Source of the DNA: an archaeon
GTDB lineage: Archaea > Methanobacteriota_B > Thermococci > Methanofastidiosales > NM3
Assembly (NCBI GenBank): GCA_004212155.1
Contig: RXIG01000028.1
Span: forward strand, 32,812 to 96,811
Length of the DNA: 64,000 bases
Reading direction: 5' to 3'
This document shows, piece after piece, positions 29,216-40,724 of this stretch. Numbering within the stretch: the first letter of the stretch is position 1; every line of letters starts with the position of its first letter. Made by a program: the position numbers and the translations under genes. The notes beneath the pieces are model-generated. The model was not told where the DNA came from and made no database searches. It was given only the letters and a program-made list of their open reading frames with translations.

Positions 29216-30346
29216 ATGGAGTACCGCAACATCGAGATCGGCGCACTCGTCCTGTTTGTCATACTGCTCTACTTCTCGTACAAGACCATCATGCCCATCT
29301 TCGATGCGATGGTGATCGCGGTCGTGCTCGCCTACATGATCCGACCCATTGCCGAACATCTGCAGAAATGGATACCGTACAGGAGCCTGGCCGTATTCCT
29401 CTCCATGTTCATTCTGATCGTCCCGCTTCTATTTATCGGGCTTTACGTTGTCAACGAGATCGTCTCGACATTCAAATCCTCAGACCTTGCCATCATTGTG
29501 AGAAACTCGTTTTCAAACATCGATGCTATCGTGGACAGCATGACCCGCGACGTCTTCGGATTCTTCAACCTGGAACTTGAGAGCCTCCAGCAGCAGACTA
29601 TCGATGCCATATCCAACGAGGTTTCCGAACTGAGCGGGAAATTTTACAATTACGTGTTCTCGCTTGCGGGATCGATACCGCTCATCCTGTTCAAGATCCT
29701 CCTTGCCGCCGTATTTGCGTTCTATTTCATTCGCGACGGTTCTGATCTTAAGGCACATCTCGTCGGCATCGCACCCAGTGACCACAAGGAACGTTTCGAG
29801 CAGTTGCTGCGCGGCAGCGACATCATGTTCCAGGCAGTGGTCATCGGATATCTCCTCAAGGCCATCTTCACCGGCATCATCGCCGTCGTAATTTTTTACC
29901 TGTTCGGGTTGCCGCACCCGATACTCCTGGGCATCACTACGGGCGTCCTCGACTTCATACCCGTCATCGGGCCCTGGGTCGTCGAACTGCTCCTCTTCAT
30001 CTGGTTTATATACCAGGGGCAGTATGCGTTCGCGTTCTCGCTGCTGCTCGCAACGTACTTTTTCGTATCGTTCATACCGGAGATGTACATACGTCCCCGC
30101 CTTTCGGGCGATGCGGCTGGCATGCACCCCCTCATAATACTTGTTGGCGTGATCGGCGGCCTCTTTGCGTTTGGTGCCATCGGCATCATCATTGGCCCCA
30201 TGTTCCTGGGATTGGTCGTGGTCGTCGTGAGGGTGTATCTGTATAAGCAACCTTACGAGAAAATATATTTTGGGTACAAGGATACCTTTTTAAATATATT
30301 CAGAAGAAGGGGAGCCCGTGAAGGTGACAAGAAACAGGGTCCTTAA
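29216..30346 (+). CDS. AI-2E (PerM-like) family transporter
   Basis: FIPVIGP, IRPRL, HPLIILVGVIGG..FG..G.IIGP. Confidence 0.88.
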   Translation: MEYRNIEIGALVLFVILLYFSYKTIMPIFDAMVIAVVLAYMIRPIAEHLQKWIPYRSLAVFLSMFILIVPLLFIGLYVVNEIVSTFKSSDLAIIVRNSFSNIDAIVDSMTRDVFGFFNLELESLQQQTIDAISNEVSELSGKFYNYVFSLAGSIPLILFKILLAAVFAFYFIRDGSDLKAHLVGIAPSDHKERFEQLLRGSDIMFQAVVIGYLLKAIFTGIIAVVIFYLFGLPHPILLGITTGVLDFIPVIGPWVVELLLFIWFIYQGQYAFAFSLLLATYFFVSFIPEMYIRPRLSGDAAGMHPLIILVGVIGGLFAFGAIGIIIGPMFLGLVVVVVRVYLYKQPYEKIYFGYKDTFLNIFRRRGAREGDKKQGP

Positions 30347-31358
30347 GACTGTTGCCACATTTTCTGTGGGCCTTATCATACTCCTCGTGCTCATACGCCA
30401 AGTGGGGTTTGAGGAGGCTTATTCAGCACTGCAGAAGGCAGACCTAACCTTCGTCTTCTTTGGAATGCTTGCTTCTCTTTTCTCATTGTTCTTGGCAGGC
30501 ATACGCTGGCGTGTCATCCTCAACGACAAATATACGTCAGTAGATATGAAACCCCTTTATCTGTCGCTCCTGTCTGGTGCGTTCTTCAACAACATTACCC
30601 CAGCCGGGAAAGGGGGCGGTGAACCGCTGCGTGCGTATCTGCTCTCTAAGTTCACAGGACTAGATGGCGGAAAGGTCTTCGCGACCGTCATATCAGACAG
30701 GATATTCGACACGCTTCCCTACGTGCTCCTGGGCTACTTTGGCATCATCGAGATCGCCTATTTCTGGAACGTTCCCCGTGCCGTCGTCGTCACACTCAGT
30801 GTCGCCCTTGTCTTCCTGACAGCAATCCTTGCCATAGTGCTCTACCTGCTCTTCAACATCGAGCATGGCAAGAAACTTGTCATGCGCATTCTCGACTTCA
30901 TCGGCCGTTTCATGCCTGACAAGGTCCAAAAGTACGAGGAAAAGCTCGAGGACACGCTCGAGCTGTTCAACAACACGATACGTGAGATAGCACACAATCG
31001 CAAGAAGGTCATCTACGCCACGACGCTCTCCCTTTCCATATGGGCGTTTTGGATACTGCGCACCTACCTGGTCCTCCTCGCATTCGATACAACCGTGTCG
31101 TTTACCGTCCTTGCCGTCGTCGCCGTCGTCGCGTCGTTCATGGGGATGGTGCCGTTCTCGCCGGGTGGATTTGGCACGACCGAGGGCGCGATGATTCTAC
31201 TTTTTTCCGGCTTTGGCATTGAACCATCTATTGCTGTGGGCGCCACATTGGTGGACAGAGTACTCTCATACTGGCTCCCAATCGTACTTGGCGGATTGAC
31301 GCTTGGCGTATCCCACAGGGTCATAAGTCGCAACAAGAATACTGCGGTCAAGATGTAA
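30318..31358 (+). CDS. UPF0104 / lysylphosphatidylglycerol-synthase TM (flippase-like) protein
   Basis: RW, NNITP..GGGEPLR, PGGFGTTE, DR. Confidence 0.85.
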   Translation: MKVTRNRVLKTVATFSVGLIILLVLIRQVGFEEAYSALQKADLTFVFFGMLASLFSLFLAGIRWRVILNDKYTSVDMKPLYLSLLSGAFFNNITPAGKGGGEPLRAYLLSKFTGLDGGKVFATVISDRIFDTLPYVLLGYFGIIEIAYFWNVPRAVVVTLSVALVFLTAILAIVLYLLFNIEHGKKLVMRILDFIGRFMPDKVQKYEEKLEDTLELFNNTIREIAHNRKKVIYATTLSLSIWAFWILRTYLVLLAFDTTVSFTVLAVVAVVASFMGMVPFSPGGFGTTEGAMILLFSGFGIEPSIAVGATLVDRVLSYWLPIVLGGLTLGVSHRVISRNKNTAVKM

Positions 31359-31427
31359 TGATTTTTTACGAAAGTTTTATATTTTATGAACACAAGTGGC
31401 GACAACGACTTTCTGGGGAGCATCTTC

Positions 31428-31736
31428 ATGAAAGAGTCACTTTTGGAAATTAAGAACGCAGAGGAAAAGGCTGCAAACATTGTCACAAGCGCTAACGAAG
31501 ACATGAAGCGCATGATCGAAGATGCCAAGAAAAAGAAGGAACAAATATACAATAACACTATCACTCAAACACAAAATGAGATAGAGAAATTAAAGAAGCA
31601 ATATCGTGATGAAGGCACAAAAGAGGCAAAGAAGATAGCTTCACAGGGGGAAAGAGAGCTCGAGATGATCAACAAGAAAGCCAAGGAGAACTTCTCCAAG
31701 GCAGTTGATGCCGCGATGCAGAGAGTGGTAGAATGA
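31428..31736 (+). CDS. atpH: A1Ao ATP synthase subunit H
   Basis: LLEIKNAEEKA coiled coil; first gene of the atp operon. Confidence 0.85.
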   Translation: MKESLLEIKNAEEKAANIVTSANEDMKRMIEDAKKKKEQIYNNTITQTQNEIEKLKKQYRDEGTKEAKKIASQGERELEMINKKAKENFSKAVDAAMQRVVE

Positions 31737-33688
31737 TATCTCCTGCAACGATGAAAAAGATCGAGATGCTCCTCCTAAAGGAAGACAAAGATGAAATTGT
31801 CGATGACCTTTATGATCTTGAATGTGTCGAACTTGTCGAATGCGAGGTGTGTGGCAAGTTCCCTGTTCCCCCTTCTACACGAGAAAGCATCTCGCGCTCC
31901 ATCCAGATCGACAGGATCCTGAACTTTCTTGACCACTACGCTCCCGAAGAAAAGCTATCCCTTCTGGAGAGCCTCAAGGGTAAGCGCATAGAGAAGAAGG
32001 AAGTTGGCATCATATCCGCCGAAGAGCTCATACTCCAGGCCGACGACCTCATCTCCAGTATCGATCCTAAGATCAAGCAGATAGAGTCGGAGATGGGGGA
32101 GATCGATGAGGAGATCGAGACATTGCACGATCACATTACATTTCTCAATACCATACGCGACCTTGACATTGACCTTGAACTGCTCAGGTCGACGCCAAAG
32201 ACGCTTCGCGTCGTCGGACGATTGCATGAACAGGACCCCAATACCATCGCGAACGACGTGTGCGAGGCGACCGATGGGTACTGCATGGTCGACTTCTGGA
32301 AGAATCTCGTTTTTATCAGCACCTTCAGAGAGAGGGAGCGAAGCATCGACCTTCTCTTTTCCAATCATGGCATCAAACGCATCGAGGTGCCCCTCATCGA
32401 CGGCAACCCGGCAGAGGTGCTTCCCAGACTCAAGGAAAAGGTCTCTTTCCTCAAGAGCACATACGATGAGCATGTCCAGACGATCAAGGAGCTCAACACG
32501 AAGTGGGAGCATCAGCTCCGTACGGTCAAGGAGCTTCTCGATATAGAGGCCGAGAAGTCCAATGCGTTCAGAAAGCTCGCCTCCACAGAAAACGTCATTG
32601 CGCTCGAAGGTCTCTATCCCAAAAAGAACGAGAAGAAGCTCCTTGAACGCCTGATGGAAAACGATCGAATTGTCGTGCACCTCAAGGAGCCGGAAGGAGA
32701 ACCGAGCATTAAGCTCGACAACAGGGGATTTTTCAAACCATTCGAGACGCTCACAGAGCTCTATGGCCTACCAAAATACAACGAGATCGATCCCACGCTG
32801 TTTTTTGCCCTGTTCTTTACCCTCTTTTTTGGGATCATGATGACCGACTTCGTCTACGGCGTCCTCATCACGATCGTGGGCCTGTTCCTTGCCAGGACAG
32901 TCAAGGAGGGGAGCATCCATGATGTGGCGTCTGTCCTGTTCTACTGCGGCATCGCCACGGCGGCATGCGGGCTTGCGTTTGGCAGCTACTTTGGGGACCT
33001 CTTCTCCGGAGGATATGTGGCGTTTGACATACCTAAGCTCATCGACCCGCTCTATGGGGCGATGGATGTTCTCATCTTCTCACTTGCGATAGGGTTGCTT
33101 CATCTCGTGATCTCAAACATCGTGGGATTCGTCCAGCGTGCACGAAACGGAAGAGTGCACGAGGCGTTCGTTGAGAACTTCACATGGCTACTCATGATGG
33201 GAGGCATCATCATCGCCTCGATGGGCATGCTCATGGGGATGTCGATGAGCGTCATCCAGGTTGCGGCAGGCGTACCAATCGCGTTTTCCATAGCGATCAT
33301 CATCGTCAACGGCGTGCGCAACGGACTTGCTGGCATCATCACGGCATTCATGGACATTCCTGGTTTCATGGGCAACTGGTTGTCGTATGCGCGACTGCTC
33401 GCCCTGGCGCTTTCGACCGCCGGTATAGCGATGGTCATGAATCTTTTCGCATCCATGATGTGGGGGCTCAACATACTTGGTATACAGGTTGGCATCATCT
33501 TTGCCGTGCTGATGTTTATCGGCGGGCATATATTCAATTTGGCAATTAACGGACTCGGTGCGTTCGTGCACTCGCTACGATTGCACTATGTCGAGTTCTT
33601 TACATACTTCTACAATGCAGAAGGCAAGAAGTTTGAACCATTACGTATAGAAAGGACATATACTAAATACATGAAAAGGGGTGAATGA
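31733..33688 (+). CDS. atpI: A1Ao ATP synthase subunit I (a)
   Basis: YGLPKYNEIDPT, SYARLLAL, VHSLRLHYVEFF. Confidence 0.95.
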   Translation: MISPATMKKIEMLLLKEDKDEIVDDLYDLECVELVECEVCGKFPVPPSTRESISRSIQIDRILNFLDHYAPEEKLSLLESLKGKRIEKKEVGIISAEELILQADDLISSIDPKIKQIESEMGEIDEEIETLHDHITFLNTIRDLDIDLELLRSTPKTLRVVGRLHEQDPNTIANDVCEATDGYCMVDFWKNLVFISTFRERERSIDLLFSNHGIKRIEVPLIDGNPAEVLPRLKEKVSFLKSTYDEHVQTIKELNTKWEHQLRTVKELLDIEAEKSNAFRKLASTENVIALEGLYPKKNEKKLLERLMENDRIVVHLKEPEGEPSIKLDNRGFFKPFETLTELYGLPKYNEIDPTLFFALFFTLFFGIMMTDFVYGVLITIVGLFLARTVKEGSIHDVASVLFYCGIATAACGLAFGSYFGDLFSGGYVAFDIPKLIDPLYGAMDVLIFSLAIGLLHLVISNIVGFVQRARNGRVHEAFVENFTWLLMMGGIIIASMGMLMGMSMSVIQVAAGVPIAFSIAIIIVNGVRNGLAGIITAFMDIPGFMGNWLSYARLLALALSTAGIAMVMNLFASMMWGLNILGIQVGIIFAVLMFIGGHIFNLAINGLGAFVHSLRLHYVEFFTYFYNAEGKKFEPLRIERTYTKYMKRGE

Positions 33689-34159
<471 letters not shown>

Positions 34160-34172
34160 GGGTGGCATCACC

Positions 34173-34820
34173 ATGGGTACTGAAGGCAGCGCAACGATTG
34201 ACACAGGGTCGCTATCAAAGCGTGGAACAGAGAAGATAGTGGAAAAGATACTATCTGATGCACGAAGCGAGGCACAAGATATCAGGACATACGCTGAGAC
34301 GCAGGTGCAGGACATACTAAACACCGCAATGAAAGAAGCGAACACGCAGCGGGACGCCATGTTGAAGAAGGGCCGCCAGGAGGCTGAGACTGAGAAAAGC
34401 CGCATCCTATCACAGGCGCGACTTGACATGCGAAAGAAGATCCTCGGGGCAAAGGAGCAGCAGATCCAGAAGGTCATCGAGGAAACCAAGCGCACACTCT
34501 CGGACGCAAAGAAGGTTCCACAGTTCGACAAGGTGATGGAACGGCTCACCATCGAGTCGTGCGTTGCACTCAACGGTGGCGACCTCAAGGTGTCCACCGA
34601 CAAGGAGGGAATGCAGTCCATTGCGGGAAGCAAGGAACAGATTGAACAGAAGATACAGGAGGATACAGGAAGGGAGACGACGCTTACTATCAGTGATGAC
34701 GGCGTCAGAGGGGTCGTGGTCGAGTCCCCGTCCGGCGTGGTCGTCGACAACGCGCTCCTGACGCGTCTTGAACGCAGGAAGCGTGAGATCCGCAAGGAGC
34801 TCGCCTCGATCCTGTTCTAA
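34173..34820 (+). CDS. atpE: A1Ao ATP synthase subunit E
   Basis: KIVEKILSDA, GVVV..VDN..RL, ILF. Confidence 0.9.
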   Translation: MGTEGSATIDTGSLSKRGTEKIVEKILSDARSEAQDIRTYAETQVQDILNTAMKEANTQRDAMLKKGRQEAETEKSRILSQARLDMRKKILGAKEQQIQKVIEETKRTLSDAKKVPQFDKVMERLTIESCVALNGGDLKVSTDKEGMQSIAGSKEQIEQKIQEDTGRETTLTISDDGVRGVVVESPSGVVVDNALLTRLERRKREIRKELASILF

Positions 34821-34829
34821 GGTGAGATC

Positions 34830-35933
34830 ATGAACCAGTTCTACCTCTTCATGGTGCCAATATCGATCCTGGCCCTTGTCATCGCAGCGAAGATCGCCTC
34901 CATCGTCTTGGATTATGCACCGTTCTCATATCCGAACGCACGTATCATGGCCAAGCAGGGCAAGCTACTGTCCAAGACGAAGTTCGAGGAGCTTGCGGAG
35001 GCACACTCGCTTGACGAGATCGTATCCATGCTGAAAGAGACAGAATACACGGACTATCTTTCAGAATACGTTGGCGAGGACTACACGATATCGAAGATAG
35101 AGCGGGCGCTCAACACCCATCTCGCATCCATCTACGACCAGATATACTCGATATCGCCAAACAAGGTCAAGCCCGTCTTCGAGGTGCTCTTGAAACGATG
35201 GGACATCGAGAACATCATCCGTACCCTGCGCTGCATCAGGGCGAACAAGGACCCTCGTGAATATCTCATCAAGATAGGCACGTTCACCGATGCTCAGCGT
35301 GAGCAGCTGGCCAAGGCACAGTCCGCCGAAGAGGTGGCCATGTCTGTGACCACCGAGTTCGAACATCTTCTCGGGTCGATGCAGGATGAGGAACTGGTAA
35401 AGATCGAGAATGAACTGCTGTTTGATTATTATTCATCATTATGGGAGTATCTGGAGAATACGCGCGACAAGAATCTCAAGTTGCTCAAGACGTTCTTCGG
35501 GCTCCAGATCGATATTATCAATATCATGGCGGCACTGCGCATCAACGTGATGGAAGAGCGTGAGGAGGTAGCTCAGGACTTCCTTCCCGTGACGTATATG
35601 GTCTCACACGAGTCGCTCAAGAGCATCGCCACCGCGGACGACATCAGTATGGTGGTAAGCGTGCTCGATAAGACTCCGTATGCTGACCTGTTCAACGACC
35701 TTGTGCCCAAGTACGAGGAACACCGCAACATATCGGTGTTCGAGCAGGCGCTCAACGATCTGCTCATATCGCATGGAAAGGAGATATCAACGCTCAATCC
35801 CCTTGGGATCGGGCCGTCAATCGGGTATCTGGCGCAGAAACAGGCAGAGATACGCAAGCTCAAGACGATCATCATCGGATCGTATGAACGTATCGATCCT
35901 GAGCGAATCAAGGAAATGGTGGGTGTTTCATAA
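34830..35933 (+). CDS. atpC: A1Ao ATP synthase subunit C
   Basis: YPNARI, WDIENI, IDIINI, EIRKL. Confidence 0.92.
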   Translation: MNQFYLFMVPISILALVIAAKIASIVLDYAPFSYPNARIMAKQGKLLSKTKFEELAEAHSLDEIVSMLKETEYTDYLSEYVGEDYTISKIERALNTHLASIYDQIYSISPNKVKPVFEVLLKRWDIENIIRTLRCIRANKDPREYLIKIGTFTDAQREQLAKAQSAEEVAMSVTTEFEHLLGSMQDEELVKIENELLFDYYSSLWEYLENTRDKNLKLLKTFFGLQIDIINIMAALRINVMEEREEVAQDFLPVTYMVSHESLKSIATADDISMVVSVLDKTPYADLFNDLVPKYEEHRNISVFEQALNDLLISHGKEISTLNPLGIGPSIGYLAQKQAEIRKLKTIIIGSYERIDPERIKEMVGVS

Positions 35934-36244
35934 TGCGCATAGCAGTGATCGGGGACGATGACACGTTCACGGGATTTGGCATAATAGGCATCAAGGACCT
36001 TTATGCGGTACCGGCGGAACGCACCGCGGTAGAAGACGTGTTCAAGACAGTGCTCAAGGATAGCAACATAGGTATCATAGTTATATCCCATTCCTACGCC
36101 GATCTTATTCGGGATCATATCAAACGGGTCAACATCAACAAGAAGATCATTCCCATCATCGTTGAGGTACCGGATAAGGGCGCTACAGTAGAATTCGATC
36201 CGTTCGAGGAACTGATAAAGAAGGCAGTTGGTGTCAATATATGA
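35933..36244 (+). CDS. atpF: A1Ao ATP synthase subunit F
   Basis: [19 protein letters not shown]. Confidence 0.93.
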   Translation: MRIAVIGDDDTFTGFGIIGIKDLYAVPAERTAVEDVFKTVLKDSNIGIIVISHSYADLIRDHIKRVNINKKIIPIIVEVPDKGATVEFDPFEELIKKAVGVNI

Positions 36245-36254
36245 GGGTGATGGC

Positions 36255-38015
36255 GTGATAGAAGGAAAGATTGTGAAGATCTCCGGCCCCGTCGTTGTGG
36301 CAGAGGGCATGAAGGGAGCTAAGATGTATGAAGTGGTCAAGGTCGGTGATACCCAGCTCATTGGTGAGATTATCGGGCTCGAGGAAGACCTGGCCACGAT
36401 GCAGGTGTATGAGGAGACCGCGGGCCTCAAGATAGGCGAGAAGGTGATTGCCACCGGCAGACCGCTTTCCGTCAAGCTTGGCCCGGGCCTCATCAAGAAT
36501 ATTTACGATGGTGTACAGCGACCGTTGCGCGTCATGAAGGACGAGCAGGGCAGCTTCATCCTGCGGGGAGTGAGTGTCAAGGAGCTCCCTGAAAAATCAT
36601 GGGAGTTCGTCCCTCGCGTCAAGGCGGGTGCGGCGGTGGAGCCGGGCATGGTGCTTGGGACGGTCAAGGAATCAGAGGTCGTCGAGCATCGCATACTCGT
36701 CCCCCCCAACGTATCGGGCGAGCTCAAGGACATCGTTTCGAAGGGCACATACGACATAGAGGACGACATCGCCACCGTCAAGACGGCCGACGGCGACGTG
36801 GGGCTCAAGATGTACCATGCGTGGCCCGTCCGGGAGCCGCGCCCCTATGTGAAAAAACACCCCTCGACGATACCGCTCATCACGGGCCAGCGCGTGCTTG
36901 ACACGTTCTTTCCCATCGCCAAGGGAGGAACGGCAGGCATACCCGGCGGCTTCGGTACCGGAAAGACCGTCACCCAGCACCAGCTTGCAAAGTGGGCCGA
37001 TGCAGAGATCGTCGTCTATGTGGGCTGCGGTGAACGTGGCAACGAGATGACGCAGGTGCTCAAGGAGTTCCCCGAGCTCCTTGACCCCCGCACCGGAAAG
37101 CCCATCACCGAACGGACGGTGCTCATCGCCAACACGTCGAACATGCCCGTGGCGGCCCGCGAGGCGTCGATCTACACCGGCGTCACCATCGCCGAATACT
37201 TCCGCGACATGGGCTACAACGTGGCGCTGATGGCCGACTCGACATCGCGATGGGCAGAGGCCCTCAGGGAGATCTCGGGCCGTCTCGAGGAGATGCCCGG
37301 CGAGGCGGGATTCCCCGCGTACCTCGCATCGAAGCTCTCGGGGTTCTATGAGCGAAGCGGGCGTGTCGACACGCTGGCCAATGATACGGGGTCGCTTTCC
37401 ATCATCGGGGCCGTGTCGCCACCGGGCGGCGACTTCAGCGAACCGGTCACGCAAAACACGCTGCGGGTCGTCAAGGTCTTCTGGGCGCTTGACAAGAAGC
37501 TCAAGGACCAGCGTCACTTCCCGTCGATCAACTGGTTGACGTCCTACTCTCTTTATCTTGACGAGATCGAGGACTGGTGGAAGGACAACGTCTCTGAGAA
37601 ATGGAAGATGCGCAGGGACGAGGCCATGAGCATCCTCCAGGAAGAGAACGAACTTCAGGAGATCGTGCAGCTCATCGGTCCCGATGCGTTGCCCGAGCGC
37701 CAGCGCGTCACGCTCCTGTGTGCGCAGATGATCCGCGAGGACTTCCTGCAGCAAAACGCGTTCCACGATGTGGACTCGTTCTGTTCGGAGAACAAGCAGG
37801 TGGCAATGCTCAAGTCGATACTCGACTTCTACGACACCGCCCTCAAGCTCATCGATGCGGGCGTGAGCGTGGCAGAGATACGCGAGATGCCCACCGTGCA
37901 AAAGATCGGCCGTCTCAAGTACGTGAGCGAGAAGGAGCTTGAATCGTACATCAAGGGCCTCACCGACGAGATGTATGACGAATACGACAGGCTTGCTAGG
38001 AGTTATGCGGGGTGA
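36255..38015 (+). CDS. atpA: A1Ao ATP synthase subunit A, no intein
   Basis: [25 protein letters not shown]. Confidence 0.97.
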   Translation: MIEGKIVKISGPVVVAEGMKGAKMYEVVKVGDTQLIGEIIGLEEDLATMQVYEETAGLKIGEKVIATGRPLSVKLGPGLIKNIYDGVQRPLRVMKDEQGSFILRGVSVKELPEKSWEFVPRVKAGAAVEPGMVLGTVKESEVVEHRILVPPNVSGELKDIVSKGTYDIEDDIATVKTADGDVGLKMYHAWPVREPRPYVKKHPSTIPLITGQRVLDTFFPIAKGGTAGIPGGFGTGKTVTQHQLAKWADAEIVVYVGCGERGNEMTQVLKEFPELLDPRTGKPITERTVLIANTSNMPVAAREASIYTGVTIAEYFRDMGYNVALMADSTSRWAEALREISGRLEEMPGEAGFPAYLASKLSGFYERSGRVDTLANDTGSLSIIGAVSPPGGDFSEPVTQNTLRVVKVFWALDKKLKDQRHFPSINWLTSYSLYLDEIEDWWKDNVSEKWKMRRDEAMSILQEENELQEIVQLIGPDALPERQRVTLLCAQMIREDFLQQNAFHDVDSFCSENKQVAMLKSILDFYDTALKLIDAGVSVAEIREMPTVQKIGRLKYVSEKELESYIKGLTDEMYDEYDRLARSYAG

Positions 38016-38019
38016 TGAG

Positions 38020-39408
38020 ATGAGTGACGTTCAAAAGGAATACAGTTCTATACGCGAGGTTTCAGGTCCTATCATTATCGTTGATGGCGTCGAGGGCGTC
38101 GGATATTCCGAGGTGGTCGAAGTTACGCTGCCCGATGGCACGAAACGCCGAGGACAGGTGCTCGAGGTCGACCGTGACGTGGCGGTCATCCAGGTCTTTG
38201 AGGGCACGAGCGGCACGACCACCGAGGGCACAAGCGTCAGATTCACAGGGCATACGCTCAAGCTCCCCGTGAGCGAGGACATGCTTGGACGCGTGTTCAA
38301 CGGTATGGGGGAGCCCATAGACGACGGTCCGGACATCATCCCGGACAAGGAGATGGACATCAACGGTCTCCCTATCAATCCGTCGGCACGCGAGTATCCG
38401 CGTGAGTTCATACAGACGGGCCTTTCGGCAATCGATGGGATGAACACGCTCGTCAGGGGGCAAAAGCTTCCTATCTTCTCCGGGTCAGGCCTTCCTCACA
38501 ACGAGATCGCCGCACAGATCACGCGCCAGACCAAGGTGCTCACCGGCGAGGAGTTCGGCATCGTCTTCGTGGCCATGGGCATCACGTACGGCGAGGCGAA
38601 CTTCTTCACGGAGAACTTCAGGAAGTCGGGTGCGCTGGAAAAGGTCGTCATGTTCCTCAATCTGGCCGACGACCCTGCCATCGAGCGGATCATCACGCCG
38701 CGTGTCGCCCTTACGGCGGCAGAGTACCTCGCCTTCGAGAAGGACATGCACCTTCTGGTCATCCTTACCGACATGACCAACTACTGCGAGGCCCTCAGGG
38801 AGATCTCGGCAGCACGGGAGGAGGTGCCGGGCCGACGCGGATATCCCGGTTACATGTACACCGACCTCGCATCGATCTACGAACGAGCGGGCAGGATCGA
38901 GGACAGGGAGGGGTCGATCACCCAGATGCCCATCCTTACCATGCCCGACGACGACATGAACCATCCGATACCCGACCTTTCAGGCTATATCACGGAAGGA
39001 CAGATCATCGTTTCACGCGAGCTCAACAGGAAAAACATCTACCCACCCATTGATGTGTCACCGTCGCTTTCCCGTCTTATGAAGGACGGTATCGGAGAGG
39101 GCCTCACACGCGAGGATCACGACGGTCTCCAAAACCAGCTCTTCGGGGCGTATGCCAAGGGCAAGGAGATGCGCGACCTCGTGGCCGTGGTGGGAGAGGA
39201 TGCCCTGTCCGACCTCGATAAACAGTACCTCCACTTCGCAGAGGAGTTCGAGAGCAACTTCATCAGGCAGAAGCGCGACGAGGACCGCTCGATCGAGGAG
39301 ACGCTCGACCTTGGTTGGAAGATGCTAGGCATGCTCCCCGAGGAGGAGCTCAAACGTATCGACCAGAAGTATATCGAAAAGTACTACCCAAAGGAACAAA
39401 GTGAGTAA
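38020..39408 (+). CDS. atpB: A1Ao ATP synthase subunit B
   Basis: [32 protein letters not shown]. Confidence 0.97.
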   Translation: MSDVQKEYSSIREVSGPIIIVDGVEGVGYSEVVEVTLPDGTKRRGQVLEVDRDVAVIQVFEGTSGTTTEGTSVRFTGHTLKLPVSEDMLGRVFNGMGEPIDDGPDIIPDKEMDINGLPINPSAREYPREFIQTGLSAIDGMNTLVRGQKLPIFSGSGLPHNEIAAQITRQTKVLTGEEFGIVFVAMGITYGEANFFTENFRKSGALEKVVMFLNLADDPAIERIITPRVALTAAEYLAFEKDMHLLVILTDMTNYCEALREISAAREEVPGRRGYPGYMYTDLASIYERAGRIEDREGSITQMPILTMPDDDMNHPIPDLSGYITEGQIIVSRELNRKNIYPPIDVSPSLSRLMKDGIGEGLTREDHDGLQNQLFGAYAKGKEMRDLVAVVGEDALSDLDKQYLHFAEEFESNFIRQKRDEDRSIEETLDLGWKMLGMLPEEELKRIDQKYIEKYYPKEQSE

Positions 39409-39410
39409 GC

Positions 39411-40058
39411 ATGGCCGTGGAGCAAATTAAGCCGACCAGGATGGCGCTGCTGCAGTTAAAGCGCCGCATCTCTTTGGCGGAGAAGGGATATGAACTGCTC
39501 AAGAAGAAACGAGACTCCCTCGTCATGCAGTTCTTTGACCTTGTCGCCGACAGGAAACGGCTTCGCAAGCAGGCGCATTCCAGGCTTCAGGAGGCATATG
39601 GGGCGCTCATAGAGGCACAGATGTATATTGGCAAACGTGAGCTGGAAAACATCTCGCTTGCCGTTCCGCCCACCTCCGAGTTCGACATCCGCACCTACAA
39701 TATCATGGGTGTCGTCGTACCCCTCATCAAGCTCCGTGGCAAGATCAAGCGACCCTATATGAAGCGCGGATACTCGCTCATCAACACGTCTTCGAAGGTC
39801 GATGAGGTCGTCGACAAGTTCCAGACCGCCCTGCGTGCGATCATCGACCTTGCAGAGGTCGAGGAACAGGTGCGTCTTGTTGCAGAGGAGCTAGAAAGCA
39901 CCAAGCGCCGCGTGAACGCCCTCGAATACGTGCTGCTTCCGCAACTCAGGGAGAAGTATCAGTGGGTCGAGCTCATGCTCGAGGAACGCGAACGTGAGGA
40001 CTTCTTCAGGCTCAAGCGCATGAAGGGCGTGCTCAAGGGTGAACAGCGTCAGCGATAA
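39411..40058 (+). CDS. atpD: A1Ao ATP synthase subunit D
   Basis: PTRM, LLKKKRD, TKRRVNALE, EREDFFRLK. Confidence 0.95.
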   Translation: MAVEQIKPTRMALLQLKRRISLAEKGYELLKKKRDSLVMQFFDLVADRKRLRKQAHSRLQEAYGALIEAQMYIGKRELENISLAVPPTSEFDIRTYNIMGVVVPLIKLRGKIKRPYMKRGYSLINTSSKVDEVVDKFQTALRAIIDLAEVEEQVRLVAEELESTKRRVNALEYVLLPQLREKYQWVELMLEEREREDFFRLKRMKGVLKGEQRQR

Positions 40059-40329
40059 GGAGGTCAGGAGGGCACTCTTTTGGGTGTATTCCCATATGGT
40101 CGCCTACTCAGCGGTCCTCATCGGCGTTTTCACACTCTTTAAAATCGTGTTCGAATGGCCCGTGCCCGTTCTGGGCGTGCTGATCTTTCTCACATTGCTT
40201 TTCGTACATCTCTATGCGATGTATATGCTTTCGACGCCCATACGGCAGGTAGGGCTGGCACGGTGGTTTTACTATGTGGCGGTCGTATACCTTGCCTTTC
40301 TCTTTGCCTCACTTGCCCTCGCCCTGTAG
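40039..40329 (+). CDS. Small three-TM hypothetical protein
   Basis: Hydrophobic 96-aa ORF filling the gap and overlapping the atpD 3' end. Confidence 0.6.
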   Translation: MNSVSDKEVRRALFWVYSHMVAYSAVLIGVFTLFKIVFEWPVPVLGVLIFLTLLFVHLYAMYMLSTPIRQVGLARWFYYVAVVYLAFLFASLALAL

Positions 40330-40650
40330 TTCGACGATGGCCTGTGCGATGTCCCCCTTTGTCTTCTCGAGCGCCTCACGGGCGCGTTCCATCGGGACGT
40401 TCGTCTGAGCCATGACGAGTTCTACGTCGTCATCGGGTATCTCCACTTCCTCCTTCTTCTTCGTGTAGGTACCCACGACCTGGAATGTGCTTTGTCCCTG
40501 TATCTTGGTTTCAGTGACCTCGGGATTCTCGAAGACGAGCGTTTCATCCGGCGTCTCTATGGTGACCTTGATCGCTTTGATCTCATTTTGTTTCATGCCC
40601 ATCTGTTTCATGAGCTTTTGCATCTTGCGTGGATTCATACCAGGCATCAT
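40309..40650 (-). CDS. nac: Nascent polypeptide-associated complex protein
   Basis: MNPRKMQKLMKQMG, DVELVMAQ..GDIAQAI. Confidence 0.93.
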   Translation of the reverse strand: MMPGMNPRKMQKLMKQMGMKQNEIKAIKVTIETPDETLVFENPEVTETKIQGQSTFQVVGTYTKKKEEVEIPDDDVELVMAQTNVPMERAREALEKTKGDIAQAIVELQGEGK

Positions 40651-40724
40651 GTGATTCACCTTTTTCCCACTTCAGGAAGGGGTTATATTTATGTATTATG
40701 CTGCTTGTCGCTTTCGAAGGCGGC

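Noticed and set aside
36672-37901. Long antisense ORFs (409 aa opposite atpA, 328 aa opposite the binding protein, and others)
   Set aside because: Shadow frames produced by GC3 codon bias of the real genes; no motifs
36255-38015. Intein in atpA (cdc48, valS and tfb also checked)
   Set aside because: Lengths are normal and the motifs are contiguous
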